64,000 nucleotides of DNA from Octopus sinensis (GCF_006345805.1 NC_043009.1:42966001-43030000); one strand, 5' to 3'; shown: positions 27,134 through 41,458, numbered from the stretch's first letter. Notes: a model not told the origin generated them from the sequence alone. Made by a program: numbers and translations.

Positions 27134-27729
27134 TCAATACTATTCTCGTAAAAGAAATAACACACACACGCACACACATATATATTTTATATATATATAT
27201 ATATAATATATATATATATAATATATATATAATATATATATATATATAATATATATATATATAAATTAGAGATAAAACCACTATTATGCAACTCAAACAG
27301 TTTTATATATTTATACTGTAAAATTTGATTTAATACTAAATTGAATTTTTACCTGTAAGTTTGGAGTTATACTCCCTAATAATATTATATATATATATAT
27401 TTACACACACATATAGACACATATACACATATATATGTACACAGATACTTACATACATATATGTGAGTGTGTGTGTATGTATGTATATGTGTGTGTTTAG
27501 GTATGTGATTTTGTGTATATTCATGTATGCATTTATGTCTATCGTTTCTTTGTCTGCTGGCTACCCCATTACCATTTAGCTTGAAAATTAAACAGGCACA
27601 GGCTGTTAAACCCTGATTTATGACCCCAAAACTGTAATCAATTCTCACCAGTTGTTGGTAGCATCATTTTGGCCCAACATGCTAACAATTCTGCCAGCTC
27701 ACCACCTTAATATCAATAATAATAATGAC

Positions 27730-27784
<55 letters not shown>

Positions 27785-27807
27785 TCAATAATAATAATAA
27801 TAATAAT

Positions 27808-28215
27808 ATAAAGAGCAAATATAAAGATCTTGAAATAGAAATCAGCAAAATGTGGAACCTGAAAACTAAAACAATACCTGTTGTCATAGGTACCCTGGGA
27901 ATGATAGTGAAAGGGGCTGATTGCTACCTAACTCAGATACCAGGAAACCCAAAAATGGCAGAAATTCAAAAGATAGTGCTCATGGAAACTGCTCATATCC
28001 TACGCAAAATACTTTCTATGAAATCTCAGCGTTTAAAACAAACATAATTTTCGTTTTTTTTTTTTGGACATTCACTAGTACAACACCAAAAAAGCCCCCA
28101 AATATATGGCACACTAGGCATAACAACAACATGAACTTCCAACCTGTTGTCTCTTGAGGTCTCTGGGTGAGACTTGGAGCCAACTTGTACAAATATAAAG
28201 CAAAAGTCAAACATA

Positions 28216-28216
<1 letters not shown>
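27808..28216 (+). mobile_element. 5'-truncated RLE-type non-LTR retrotransposon (R4/Dong-like) inside (AAT)n
   Basis: KSKYKDLEIEISKMWNLKTKTIPVVIGTLG...EIQKIVLMETAHILRKIL matches the K..KY..L / P.VIG.LG C-terminus of restriction-like endonuclease domains; (AAT)n at 27715-27807 and 28217-28267. Confidence 0.82.
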
Positions 28217-28257
<41 letters not shown>

Positions 28258-28269
28258 TAATAATAATGA

Positions 28270-28542
28270 TTTCAAATTTTACCACAGCGGCTGCCATTTT
28301 GGGGGAGTTGATGAGTCGATTGCATCAACCCCTGTGTTCAACTGGTACTTAATTTATCAACCCTGAAGAGCAAAGTCGACCTCAATGGAATTTGAACTCA
28401 GAACATAGCGGCAGACAAAACACCACTAAGCATTTCACCCAGCGTGCCAATGATTCTGCCAGCTCACCAACTTAATAATAAGAAGAAGAAAAAGAAGAAG
28501 AAGAAGAAGAAGAAGAAGAATGATAATAATAATAATAATAAT

Positions 28543-28579
<37 letters not shown>

Positions 28580-28844
28580 TTAATAATAATAATTTTTACT
28601 TACCACAAAAGGCAAAAAATGAAGAGAAGATTGCAAGGATAATTCCCTTCACTCTTCCCCTCACCAAAAAAATTGCTAAGTTTTACTCAGAATCAACTTT
28701 ATAATAATAACAGACAAGAACTGCAACAAATATTTAATATTAAAGGAAAGCATTTTGCAATGGTTATCATTGCTGTTTATAATAGTAATTATTATTATTC
28801 TTATTATCATCATCATCATCATTATTATTATTATTATCATAATA

Positions 28845-28877
<33 letters not shown>

Positions 28878-29322
28878 AATATTTCTACTCTAGGCACAAG
28901 ACCATGAAAATTTGGAGGGGAAGGAGGCTTGTTGATTATATCGACCCAAGTGAGTAACTGGTACTTATTTCATCAACCCTGAAAGGATGAAAGGCACGAC
29001 CTTGGTGGTATTTGAACTCAGAACATAGCGGCAGATGAAATACCGCTAAGCATTTCACCCAGCTTGCTAATGGTTCTGCCAGCTTGCTGCCTTAAGAAGA
29101 AGAAGAAGAAGAAGAAGAAGAATTTTTACTTACCACAATGGGCAACAAATGAAGAGAATATTGCAAAGTTAATTCCCCACCACCACCACTACCACCACCA
29201 AAAACAAAAAAAAATTGCAAGGTTTTACTTAGAATCAACTTTATAATAGTAACAGACAAGAACTGCAACAAATATTTAATATGAAAGGAAAGCATTTTGC
29301 AATGGTTATTGTTGCTGTTTAT

Positions 29323-29325
<3 letters not shown>
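28270..29325. repeat. Local tandem duplication (SINE-B + (AAG)n + unique ~200 bp + (AAT)n)
   Basis: Unique block 28591-28780 recurs at 29121-29322 at roughly 90% identity; each is preceded by a SINE-B head and (AAG)n. Confidence 0.85.
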
Positions 29326-29405
<80 letters not shown>

Positions 29406-29967
29406 TAATAATAATAATGATAATAATAATGATAATAATAATGATAATAATAATGATTGTTGTTGGTGTTGTTGCTGTTTCTGTTCCTATGTTTACACAT
29501 GGTTACATCCTACTCAGTTCACAAGATTAATCAAATCACTTGGAAAAGTGAATTACAGCATAATTATTCGAGAAAATGGCAATGTTGTGGGAAGCTACAT
29601 AGAAATTATAGTGGCAGATGTCAAAAAGAAGTCTTAAGTTTATGTGATGACATATTTAATTACAATGCGTGGCACCGAGGTTTTTCGAGAGAAGTAGAAT
29701 TAACAAATGGCAAAAGTGTTCTTATGTAATTTCACTCATTCAAAGGAATTTAAGGAAAAAAAAAAAAACTTTTAAAAAAAAAAATTAAGAACCGAATAAA
29801 CACAGAAGAAAAGAATAGACAAGGAAAAGAAGAAAAGTATTAACAAATAAATAAATAAGAATGAAACACACACAAAAAACACAAAAGACAAGTTGCAAAA
29901 ATTGAAGTAGAGGAAAAATGTTGAAATGTAATTTAAGAATTAAATATTAAACATATCACAAATGGAC

Positions 29968-30015
<48 letters not shown>

Positions 30016-30309
30016 TAATAATAATCATGATGATGAAAGAGGAACAAGAAGAAGAAGAAAGACAACAGCAGCCAACTGGAATCTTTAACTGACAATATGC
30101 TAACTTAATTATGTAAACATCTTAAAGTGAAAAGAGAGAGAGAAAAAGAAAAAGAAATAGAAATGAGAAAAAGAAAACAGCTAAAGAGAAAAGAAAGAGG
30201 AAGAAAGAGGAAAAGAATGACAAACCTGTAAGAACCTGCATAAAATACCATTAGAAAATCATCAAACATATAATGTTATCTAGTAGGATTTAAACAAACT
30301 GGCTGGACA

Positions 30310-30346
<37 letters not shown>

Positions 30347-30524
30347 GTAGTAGTAGAAGTAGTAGTAGTAGTAGTAGTAGTAATCATTATTATAATGATG
30401 ATAATAATAATAATAATAATATTTATATATTTGTTGTGCAAGATTTTATAAAAATAATAATAATAAGAAGAAGAACAACAACAACAGCAACAATAAGAAT
30501 AACACCAGCAACGACAATATTAAT

Positions 30525-30559
30525 AGTGATGATGATGATGATGATGTTGATGATAATGG

Positions 30560-30628
<69 letters not shown>

Positions 30629-30757
30629 CGATGATGAGGACGATGATGATGATGATGATGATGATGACAATGATGATGATGATGATGATGATGACGACGA
30701 CGACGACGACGACTACAACGACGATGTTGATGATGATAATGCTGATGATGATGATGA
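30525..30757 (+). repeat. (GAT)n microsatellite
   Basis: Direct reading. Confidence 0.95.
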
Positions 30758-31168
30758 TTTGTATTCCAGTGGAAATGACAGTATGACAACTGGTTCGAAT
30801 CTTTCAAATCCTTGTGATTATCAGTGTTTTACTTTTGAAATGTTTTGTTTATCTTTCTTTTCTCTTAATTAATTCATTGCATAAAACATAATTTTCAATT
30901 TTCCAATTTTTTCAGAGATTTGTTGATAGACTGGGGATTACTCAGTCCATCAACAAATCTGTTGACGATCTGATGATAACTCACTGAACCATCTACTGTC
31001 CAGTGTGTCAACTGACTGGACAGTAGATGTTTTATTCAGATGTATATTATCATCATCATCTTCATCGTCGTTGTCATTTGAACATTCATATTGCCATGCT
31101 TTCATGGGTCTGATTTTCAGACAAATTTGGAAAGAAACTATGCTTGTTTATAACCATCATGCAATGCA

Positions 31169-31206
<38 letters not shown>

Positions 31207-31459
31207 TCCCCACACTATCAGTTGACAATCAATACTGGTGTGTATTTCTGTCCCCATAACGAAGCAGTTCAGCAAAAGTGACCAATAGAATAAGTACTAG
31301 GTTTACAAAGAATACAAAAACGTGGATGTTGATTTCTTTGACTAAAACCCTTGAAGGTGGTGCTCCAGCATGGCCACAGTCAAATGACTGAAACAAGTAA
31401 AAGAATAAAAGTATATACACTTATGTGTTATGTGTGTATGTATATATATATATATATAT

Positions 31460-31505
<46 letters not shown>

Positions 31506-31510
31506 ATATA

Positions 31511-31635
<125 letters not shown>

Positions 31636-31644
31636 TAGATATAG

Positions 31645-31800
31645 ATCAAAACTGCTTGATTCAAATTCATTGGTACTCATGAGTTTCAAGCACGATGCTA
31701 GTCATCAGCCATTTTGAATTTGAAAATTTTAAATGACTGATGACTAGCATCATGCTTGAAACTTGAGAGTACCAATGAATTTGAATCAAACTGTTTTGAT
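31645..31800. repeat. 156-bp hairpin / fold-back
   Basis: 70-bp arms atcaaaac...cag(c/t)cattt with ~7 mismatches; 16-nt loop; abuts (GATA)n. Confidence 0.85.
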
Positions 31801-31934
31801 TCATGCATAAAACTCTCAATAACTGTGTTGAGAGTCCTTCTTTCATTTGCTCACTCACTCATATATATATATTGTTAGATAGATAGATAGATAGATAGAT
31901 AGATACATACATACAACATACATACATACATACA

Positions 31935-31968
<34 letters not shown>

Positions 31969-33056
31969 CGAGCATGTCTAGATATGCAAGTATATGCATG
32001 AGAAGTTATACATACATAAAGCCAAACATACAAATCTGCACATATACATATATTCAAAAAAAATACCCTATTGTTGATGTTGAAATTCCAATGAAGGAGA
32101 CATGGATCTAGATTGGAAACAGGCTCTTTCTCTATTGGCAAGAAATCTTGAAATTTAACTGAATAATGACATACACACTTACATGTATACATATATATAT
32201 AGAATCAGCAAATGAGATCCAGAGATGCTTAGTACAGAAATGACTAAGTGGTGCTTAAATGATTTGAACTTACACTCAAAAATCTCTGTTAGATACATAT
32301 CTCTCCACCCTAAAAGCAGAGGCCAGATCTACCTAATGTTTATATGCCTCCAATACTGGTTGTGTATCCTTGCCTTTTTGCAAACTACATTGGCAACATT
32401 ATGAAATAATTCTGAGACCCCAGAAACAGCTGTCGAACTTGTAACGCCATAACTCCTCCCTTTAATTTTATGTGTCTTTGTATTCTGTGTAATTTTGCTT
32501 TGTTAATATATGAATATCTATATATTTATACACTAGTTGATAAGCCCTGCTTCCCTGATAATTCCCAGGGAAGCAGGGCTTATCCCTTGGTTCCATTCTC
32601 ATAATTGTTTCACTAATCCAATAACAACAATACAAAGTATGTAGTGTGTTTGTGTGTCTGTGTTTGTCCCTCAAGCATCACTTGACAACCAATGCTGGTG
32701 TGTTTATGTCCCCGTAAGTTAATGGTTCAGCAAAAGAGACCAATAGAATAAGTACTAGGCTTACAAAGAATAGGTCCTGGGGTCGATTTGCTCAACTAAA
32801 GGCGGTGCTCCAGCATGGCTGCAGTCAAATGACTGAAACAAGTAAAAGAGTAAAATAGTGGGGACTCTCTAGCAACCCTTAAAGGTATCTCTATTATATC
32901 ACTCCAAAAAGGATGGAAGGCGAAGGTGAATTCAGCAAAATTTGAACTCATGGCACAAACATCCTGAAGTTATATCACTGAGTTGACACTCTGATAATCC
33001 CACTAATCCAGTATCTTTGGACGAGATATTTGTTAAAGTCTTCTAAAGTTAGATAC

Positions 33057-33434
33057 GAGCATGGCTGTGTGGTAAGAAGCTTGCTTTCCAGTTACATAGT
33101 TTTGGTTCAGTTACAGTGTATAGCACCTTGGGCAAGTGTCTTCTGCTATAGGCTCAGGCTGACCAAAACCTTGTGAGTGGATTTGGTAGACAGAAACTGA
33201 AAGAAGCCTGTCGTGTGTGTCTTTGTTTCTGTGTTTGTCCTGCAGCACCCCTTGACAACCAATGTTGCCGCATTTACATCCTGGTAACTTAGTGGTTCAG
33301 CAAAAGAGACTGATAGAATAAGGACCAGGCTTAAAAAAAAAAAAGGAGCACCACCTTGTGGTCGATTCATTTGGCTAAAATTTCTTCAAGGGGTTGCCCC
33401 AGCAGGGCCACTGTCTAATGACTGAAACAAGTAA
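33057..33434 (+). mobile_element. SINE family A, degenerate full copy
   Basis: Homology to 9328-9734. Confidence 0.8.
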
Positions 33435-34959
33435 GGGTAAAATGATATCATCCCAGAAAGAATGAAAAGTAGAGCTGACTTCAGCAAGATTTGAAACCAG
33501 AACTTTGCGAGCTGGAACTAATATTACAAGACATTTTATCTGATGGGCTCATGACTCTGCCACTTTGCTGCTTTATCTCCAACAATTGTAATAACTAAAT
33601 AAATAAACAAACAAAATAAATAAACTAAAAACAAAAATATATATTTTTACAAACAAAACCCCAGAGAGAGAGAGAACTGTTCACCTCAAAAAACGTTGCA
33701 TCGATTTTTTTGAATATTTTCTTTTTCTTCAGTATTTTATTTGAGTTTTTTTTGTGCATGCTTTACCTTTTTGCATCATCTTTGCATTTTTTTTATTTGT
33801 TCCTTACCTGTATATTTATTTTAATCAGCAGGTGTGAAAAAAAAACACAGAAGGGGGGAGTTGGGAGTAGATTTTTTTATGTAGTTTTATATGTGGGTAT
33901 GTGTGTGCATGTGCATGCTGCTTTTTTTATTTTTATTTTTGTTATTTAAATGAATGTCTATATGAATTTTAATGCATCAAACTGCATTACTGCACTATAG
34001 CTGTGTGCAAATCAAGTTGCCTCGATATATCGGTTACATTCAAAATATCAGAAACCCCTTGCTGAGTTCAAATTAGGAAACTGTCTGTCTTCTCGATGCC
34101 ATTTTAATGCAGTGTCTTTTAAAACAGAGGCAGATGATGTGAATTCTTCCTTCTTCTATGATAAAAGCATTCTTTTAGGTTATTTTAGCTGATTTCTTTA
34201 TGTTCATTTATATATTTATTTATTTGATATTGATAATTCTTTATTTTAGAAATTCTTTGTTTTTTTCGTTTTTCATTTCTTTCCTTATTTCATTTTGTTT
34301 TTCTTTTTTTTTTTTTTACTTTTTTTTGTCTTTTACTTCCGCTCATCTTTTTTGGAATTCTCACAAATGATACCAACTGGAAATTTACAATCGATTCTTG
34401 AAGGAATCAGCAAATTTTCATCATACACTTTGTCTGGAAATCTTTTATCATAGATTTATTTTGGGAACAAGTAAAAAAAAAATTCACCTGTTATTTTTGT
34501 TTTATTATAAATCTTTGTTACTTTATTCTTTTAGCAGTACACTTTTGTTAAAGATTTTTGTCATAACATCATTATTATCATCATTATCATCATTGTTGTT
34601 GTTGTTAATATATTAGTAAAAAAAAATCATCATTATTTTTTTTATTTTTGTTGATATTTTTTCTGCTCGAAGCTTACTAATAACATGTAAAACTTCTAAT
34701 ATTTTTCACTAACTTTTCTCCACAATATTTATCCATTAATGGCACCAAACAAATAGCAACACATTATGCATTTCTTACTTTGTAGTAACTAGTGTAAGTT
34801 TCTCTTTATGGAATAAGATTGTATGCACTGATAGTAAACAAAGAGTTACTATTCATAAAAACGGTGTTGCTTGTTTGCAGTCCTATGTGTGAAAGTCCAT
34901 CCAGGCTGTTCATTGTTCCATAAATAAGGGGAAATATTATCTCACTTGGAAACAGATGA

Positions 34960-35472
34960 AGAATAGAAATTGCAAAGAAAATATTTGAAAATATGTCAAA
35001 AGCTTTAACATCAAGGAATATACATATAGAAATAAGAAAAATGGTTGTGAAAATGTTACATTTGGTCCACACTATTATACAGTGTAGAAACAAGGGGATT
35101 GACAAAAACTCTATCAGACAAACTAGAAGCTTTTAGAATGTGGGCTTTATAGAAGAATTTTAAGAACGTCTTTGACAAACCACAGAACTAATGAAGGAGT
35201 GCTACAACTAGTAAATACTAAAAGATCGTTACTGGCAGCTAGCTAAAGAGCTTTTGTCACATACTAAGTGCATAAGATATACTAAGACATACTAAGTGCA
35301 TAAGATATATATATATCTAGAAGGAAAGAAATCACAAATTTCCTCAAGAGGAAAACCAAAAACAAACTGGAATGATAACATCAGGGACTGGACGAAGCAA
35401 AATAAGAATGGTAGAGAAAAGGATCCCGAATGGAGATTCTTGATGTTCAACCTACTGAGAGCAGATGAATGA
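34960..35472 (+). mobile_element. RTE-clade LINE, degenerate 3' fragment
   Basis: RIEIAKKIFENMSKALTSRNIHIEIRK..YIWSTLLYSVET..KLEAFRMW.YRRILR..HRTNEGVL...LEGK..RGKPKTNWNDNIRDWT, read across frameshifts. Confidence 0.75.
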
Positions 35473-35611
35473 AGAAAGGAAAGAAGGAAGGAAAGAAGGA
35501 AATAGGTAATAGTTGGGAACAGGAAGAGCATCCAGCCAAAAGCAAAAAAATCTGCTTAAAGTTTTTTGTGTGCAAGCATGAAAAAATTGGACATCAAAAT
35601 GAAAATGATAT

Positions 35612-35644
<33 letters not shown>

Positions 35645-36978
35645 GGAGGAGGAGGAGGAGGAGGAGGAGAAGAAATTTTGTTTTATTTTTAACACACCTG
35701 TAGGTTATGTAATTTGTTAACTGTTTACAAACCATATAACCAATGGATGTGTCAAGAAGTTTGTTTTCCAATCACAGGCTTCTGGTTCAGTTCCACTTTG
35801 TGGCATGTTGAGCAAGTATCTTCTACAATAGACCCCAAGTTGACCAATACTTTGTGAGTAGATCTGGTAGGCAGAAACTGGAAGAAGTTCATTGTATGCG
35901 TATGTGTGTGTGTGTGAGTATGTGTATGTGAGCATGTGTGTGTATTTATATGGATATGTGTGTGTGTGTGTGTGTGTGAGCCTGTATGTGTGTTTGTGTT
36001 TGTGTTTATGTTACCTTGTCTTGACATCATGTGATAGTTGCCAATGATTTTCACTGAATATTTCCACTATTCTCTGAGAACATGTCTAATCATGGGGTAG
36101 TCATGGTTGGAAACAGATAAGGGCACCCCAACCATAGAAAAATCGGCCTCAGTAAACTCTGTCCAAGCCATGCAAGAACCAGGAAAAGGGGACATGAAAA
36201 TAATGATGATGTTGATGATGATGATGATGATGTTGATGTTGATGTTGATGATGATGGTGTATGTGCATAGAATGGAAGCTACGTGTAGATAAAAAAACAA
36301 AACAAAACAAAACAAAACAATCAGCTGTAATAAAACAGGAATTAATTTATTGTATAATTCTTTGTTCTGCCATGATAAAAGGTAACATACATGCCCTACA
36401 TAGCAACCTGTACTTAGTTGTTGCTTTGTATCAATGGTATTTTGGTTTGTTGATATGTCATCCATTGGGAAATACTGCACCTAAAGCCTTACCGATGCAC
36501 AGCCGTCTTAGACAACCTTTACCCTCATTGTTCTGTATTCGTTTCTGCTGTGAGTATTTGACGTAATTAAAATTTATTGTGGAAGGAGCAGGCATGGCTA
36601 TGTGGTTAAGAAGCTTGCTTAACAACCACACGGTTTCAGGTTCAGTCCCACTGTTCAGTCCCACAGGTAGATATATCTTCTAATATATCTACCTATCTAT
36701 TAGATAGATAGATTGATAAACAGGATGGTCACAGCTGAAATGCCTGTTGATGAAAATTATGTGGAAGCTTGTGGTATATATATGTGTGTGTATGTGTGTT
36801 GTGTGTGGTGTTGGAATGGCCCAGTGGTTAGGGCAGTGAACTCACGGTCGTAGGATCGCGGTTTCGATTCCCAGACCGGGCGTTGTGAGTGTTTATTGAA
36901 CGAAAACACAATGAGGCTCTGGCAGGGGGTGATGGCGATCCATATATATATATAGTTTTTTAAATTTTCTCTACTCTC

Positions 36979-37171
36979 TCTTTTACCCTTTTACTTGTTT
37001 CAGTCATTTGACTGCGGCCATGCTGGAGCACCGCCTTTAGTCGAGCAAATCAACCCCAGGACTTATTCTTTGTAAGCCCAGTACTTATTCTATCGGTCTC
37101 TTTTGCTGAACGCTAAGTGACGGGGATGTAAACACACCACCATCGGTTGTCAAGCAATACTAAGGGGACAA

Positions 37172-37206
<35 letters not shown>

Positions 37207-37377
37207 CATATATACAACAGGCTTCTTTCAGTTTCCGTCTACCAAATCCACTCACAAGGCATTGGTCGGCCCGGGGCTATAGCAGAAGACACTTGCCCAA
37301 GATGCCCCGCAGTGGGACTGAACCCAGAACTATGTGGTTGGTAAGCAAGCTACTTACCACATAGCCACTCCTGCGCC
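36979..37377 (-). mobile_element. SINE family A full copy
   Basis: Reverse complement of the SINE-A head and tail, with internal (CA)/(TA) repeat. Confidence 0.9.
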
Positions 37378-37525
37378 TCTGTTTATTTCCTCGTGTTCCT
37401 TTCTGTTGAAGTGTGTAGGTTCGAAACATAAAAGACTTCCTCACCTTCCTGAACATCAAACTAATACACCTGCTTGTTGATTATACACCTGTCTTTGTCT
37501 TTTGTTTTTCTGTAAATTTCAACTA
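37378..37525 (+). mobile_element. Second copy of the probable Penelope-like terminal remnant
   Basis: ccttt-CTGTTGA-a-gtgt-gtag-gttc-GAA-acat-a-aaag; homologous to 20330-20485. Confidence 0.45.
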
Positions 37526-38478
37526 TATATGTGTGTGTGTATGTGTGTGTGTGAGTGTTTGTGTTGTGTGTGTGGTGTGTGTGTGTGTGATTGTCTATGG
37601 CGGGGAGCATACATGTGTCTGTGAGTTTTTGTATTTGTTTGTTCCCGACCACTGCTTGACAACTGGTGTTGGTTTTCTTTATGTCCTCATAACTTAGCAG
37701 TTTAGCAAAAGGGAGTGATAGATTAAGTGACACAAAAAAAAAAGTAAGAAAAAAGAACCCTAAGTACCAGGGTCAATGTGCTCAATTAAAATCCCTTCAA
37801 GATGGCACCCCAGCATGGCTGACAGTCTAATAACTGAAACAAGTAAAAGATGGGTGTAAGTATGGCATATGGTTAAGAAGTTCATGTAGAAAACACATAG
37901 TCTTTGGTTCAATTCCATTACAATGCCCCTCAGCAGGGGTCATTAAGGCATTGTTCATTTAAGAGAAATGAAATCAAAATAATTTCCAGTTAGCTCTAAA
38001 TATTAATTTCAAATTGTGGCACAAGGCCAGAAGGGAGTAAATCAATTTCATTGGGGCCAGTATTCACTAGAGGTTATTTTCTCAACCCTGGTGTACAACT
38101 GGTACTTATTTTCTCAACCCTGGTATACAACTGGTATTTATTTTATCAACCCTGATATTCAACTGGTACTTATTTTATTGACCCCTAAAGGATGAAAAGT
38201 AATGTTGACTCTGGCAGAATTTGAACTCAGGATATAAGAATGGACAAAATGCTGTTAATCATCTTGCCCTGCATGCTAACAATTCTGCCAGTTTGCCAGC
38301 CATTCACCTTACTTAGCTTTAAATATTAATAATCAGATCAGGTCACTTGCTATGCAAGTACATCCCCGTAATAACATATACTGCTACACCTTGAGAAAGG
38401 AGCACCCACATGACCAATGGCATGCTAGAAGTAGTGGCTAAATATTTCTTGAATCACACTCTACCACTTTAGACACTA

Positions 38479-39272
38479 GATGCAGTAGTGGCTGTGTAGT
38501 AAGTAGCTTGCTTACGAACCACATGGTTCCAGGTTCATTCTCACTGCATGGCACCTTGGGCAAGTGTCTACTACTATAGCCTTGGGCCAACCAAAGCATT
38601 GTGAGTAGATTTGGTAGACGGAAACTAAAAGAAACCTGTCATATAAGTGTATGTATATATATATGTGTGTTGTGGTGTGTGTGTGTGTGTGTGTGTTTGT
38701 GTGTCAGTGTTTGTTCCCCCAACATTACTTAACAACCGATGGTGGTGTGTTTACGTACCCGTAACTTAGCGGTTTGGCAAAAGAAACCAATAGAATAAGT
38801 AATAGGCTTCCAAAGAATAAATCTTGGGGTCGATTTTCTCAACTAAAGGCAGAGCTCCAGCATAGCTGCAGTCAAATGACTGAAACAAGTAAAAGAGTAA
38901 AAGAATAGCTGTGTGGTAAGTAGCTTGCTTCCAAGCTACATGGTTTCGGGTTCAGTCTCACTGTGTGGCACCTTAAGCAAGTGTCTTATACTATAGCCTC
39001 GGGCTGACCAATGCCTTGTGAGTGGATTTGGTAGATGGAAACTGAAAGAAGCCTGTCATATATATTTTTGTGTCTGTATTTGTCCCCACCACTATTGCTT
39101 GACAACCAGTGTTGGTGTGTTTACATCCCTGTAACTTTACAGTTCAGCAAAAGAGGCTGATAGAATAAATACTAGGCTTATGAAGAATAAGTCCTAGGGT
39201 TGATTTGTTCAGCTAAAGGTGGTGCTTTAGCATGGCCACAATCAAATGACTCTGCTCAAGTAAAGAATAAAA
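38479..39272 (+). mobile_element. Two SINE-A copies head to tail
   Basis: First copy ends aaaagagtaaaagaat (38905) and is immediately followed by a second head gctgtgtggtaag. Confidence 0.85.
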
Positions 39273-39438
39273 AATTATAAAGTATATATATATATATACA
39301 CGCAAAAATGTATATTTACATATATCTATATGTGTGCATACAGATAGATAGTTGGACGGACAGATGGATGGATACTTGGGTTGCTTGACTGATGGACAGT
39401 CAGCCTGCCAGTCAGACAGACAGAAAGGCAATCAAACT

Positions 39439-39490
<52 letters not shown>

Positions 39491-39631
39491 TAGATAGATA
39501 GATAGAGATAGATAAATAGAAAGATAGATAGATAGATAGATAGATACATACATACATACATACATACATACATACATACATAGGCAGACACAAAGGTAGA
39601 TGGATAGATAGATAGATAGATAGATAGATAT

Positions 39632-39671
<40 letters not shown>

Positions 39672-40440
39672 ACATGATGGTCAAAGCTGGAATGTCTGCT
39701 CTGTGTTAAGGCAATTACAACATACCATCATAGCTAACATAGTTTTCTTATATTGAATAAGTTCACACCAAGTTGATAGCAGTCTTAATTTCAGACATGG
39801 AATTAATAAAGATTAAAACACGAAATAGAAAAACTTTCCTTCATATGTTTATTTCTTTTATTGTTGTTTAAGGTTATGTTTTTTAATTTTTTTTCTCAAA
39901 GAATTTGTTAAGATATTTTAACTCACAACTTTACATATGGAAAATAAAAAAAAAACAAAAAAATAATTTGTAACAATATTGGAAAGGAATTCTTTTCTAT
40001 TATACATATGTATTTCATGTGTGCATGTGTGTATGTGTGTGTTTGTATATGTGTTTTCGTGTAAGAGTGAGTGTGCAGTGGGTGTTCGTGTGTGCCTGTG
40101 TATGTGTGTCTTTTATGCTACGCATATATTTTCCTGGCTGATGGATGCAAATGCATATCTAAGCACACTTACATACATGTGTAGAAATACATATACACAT
40201 ATATGCACACAAATGTATATATAAATATATATACACACACACACATATATACACACATGTAAATACATGTATATATTCATACATATTTGTGTTTTTGTGC
40301 ACATATGTATGTATACATATATATACATACAATATATATACATATATATATACATATATACATTACATATATATATATTATTATATATGATATATTATAG
40401 TATTATATATATATATTTTATATATATATAATATATTATA

Positions 40441-40477
<37 letters not shown>

Positions 40478-41339
40478 TACATAATGTATAATTATATCTA
40501 AGCAATTATGAAGAAGTTTGTGCATACATGTACATACATAAAATATATATATAATTATATATTATATATATACATATACATATATTCTATATTTATTATA
40601 TATATATAGTGTATGCTGCATATATATATGTATATGTATATAGTGTGTTGATGCATGTACACATGTATATATAAGTTTATACATCAATATACAAATACGC
40701 ATATATACATACATCTCTGTATATGACTATATAATTACATATATTCATATATGTGTATGTATGATTACATTTATAAATATATATATATAAATACATAATC
40801 ACATTTATAGATATATATTTAAGTATATGTATACATATATGTATTTATACATGCAGAAACATGCGTACATACATATATATATTCCATGTATGTATAGGTA
40901 GATATGTATTGTAAATTCAGGAAATTCAGTGAAAGAATTATTTTCATGCAGTATTCTTGCAGATAGGAAATTTGCCAACTATATAAAAAGAAATCAAGCT
41001 TAGCGCCATAATTGAAGCTTATATGATTCTTTGCCGTATATTTTCAATGAATATGAATAATTCTTTGCTGATAGCTATATAAAGTGTCATTAATTTCAGC
41101 TCTTTAAATAGCTCTGAATGAGATTTAAGCAGTCTTTGAGAATGGATAAAATTGGAAACAATATGGTAACTGTAACAATCTACAAAAAAAAAAAAAAGAA
41201 AAAGAAAAAACTAGGAAGAGAAAAAATATGTTAGTGAAGTTTAGAAGTTTAGTAAAAACCAGTGATGAGTGAGGGTGTTTTTGTGAGTGTGTATGTGTCA
41301 GTGAATAAGGCACATTTATACATGCACATATACATATGC

Positions 41340-41384
<45 letters not shown>

Positions 41385-41420
41385 CACATATATATGCATA
41401 TGTATATACATATGCATATG

Positions 41421-41458
<38 letters not shown>

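Larger units (their letters stand above)
26500..27160 (+). mobile_element. Possible Penelope-like element 3' remnant, interrupted by SINE-C
   Basis: SSDLLNKIICILYCHQNL resembles the LLNK...C(R)HQNK end of PLE GIY-YIG ORFs; followed by a hammerhead-like core; highly degenerate. Confidence 0.4.
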
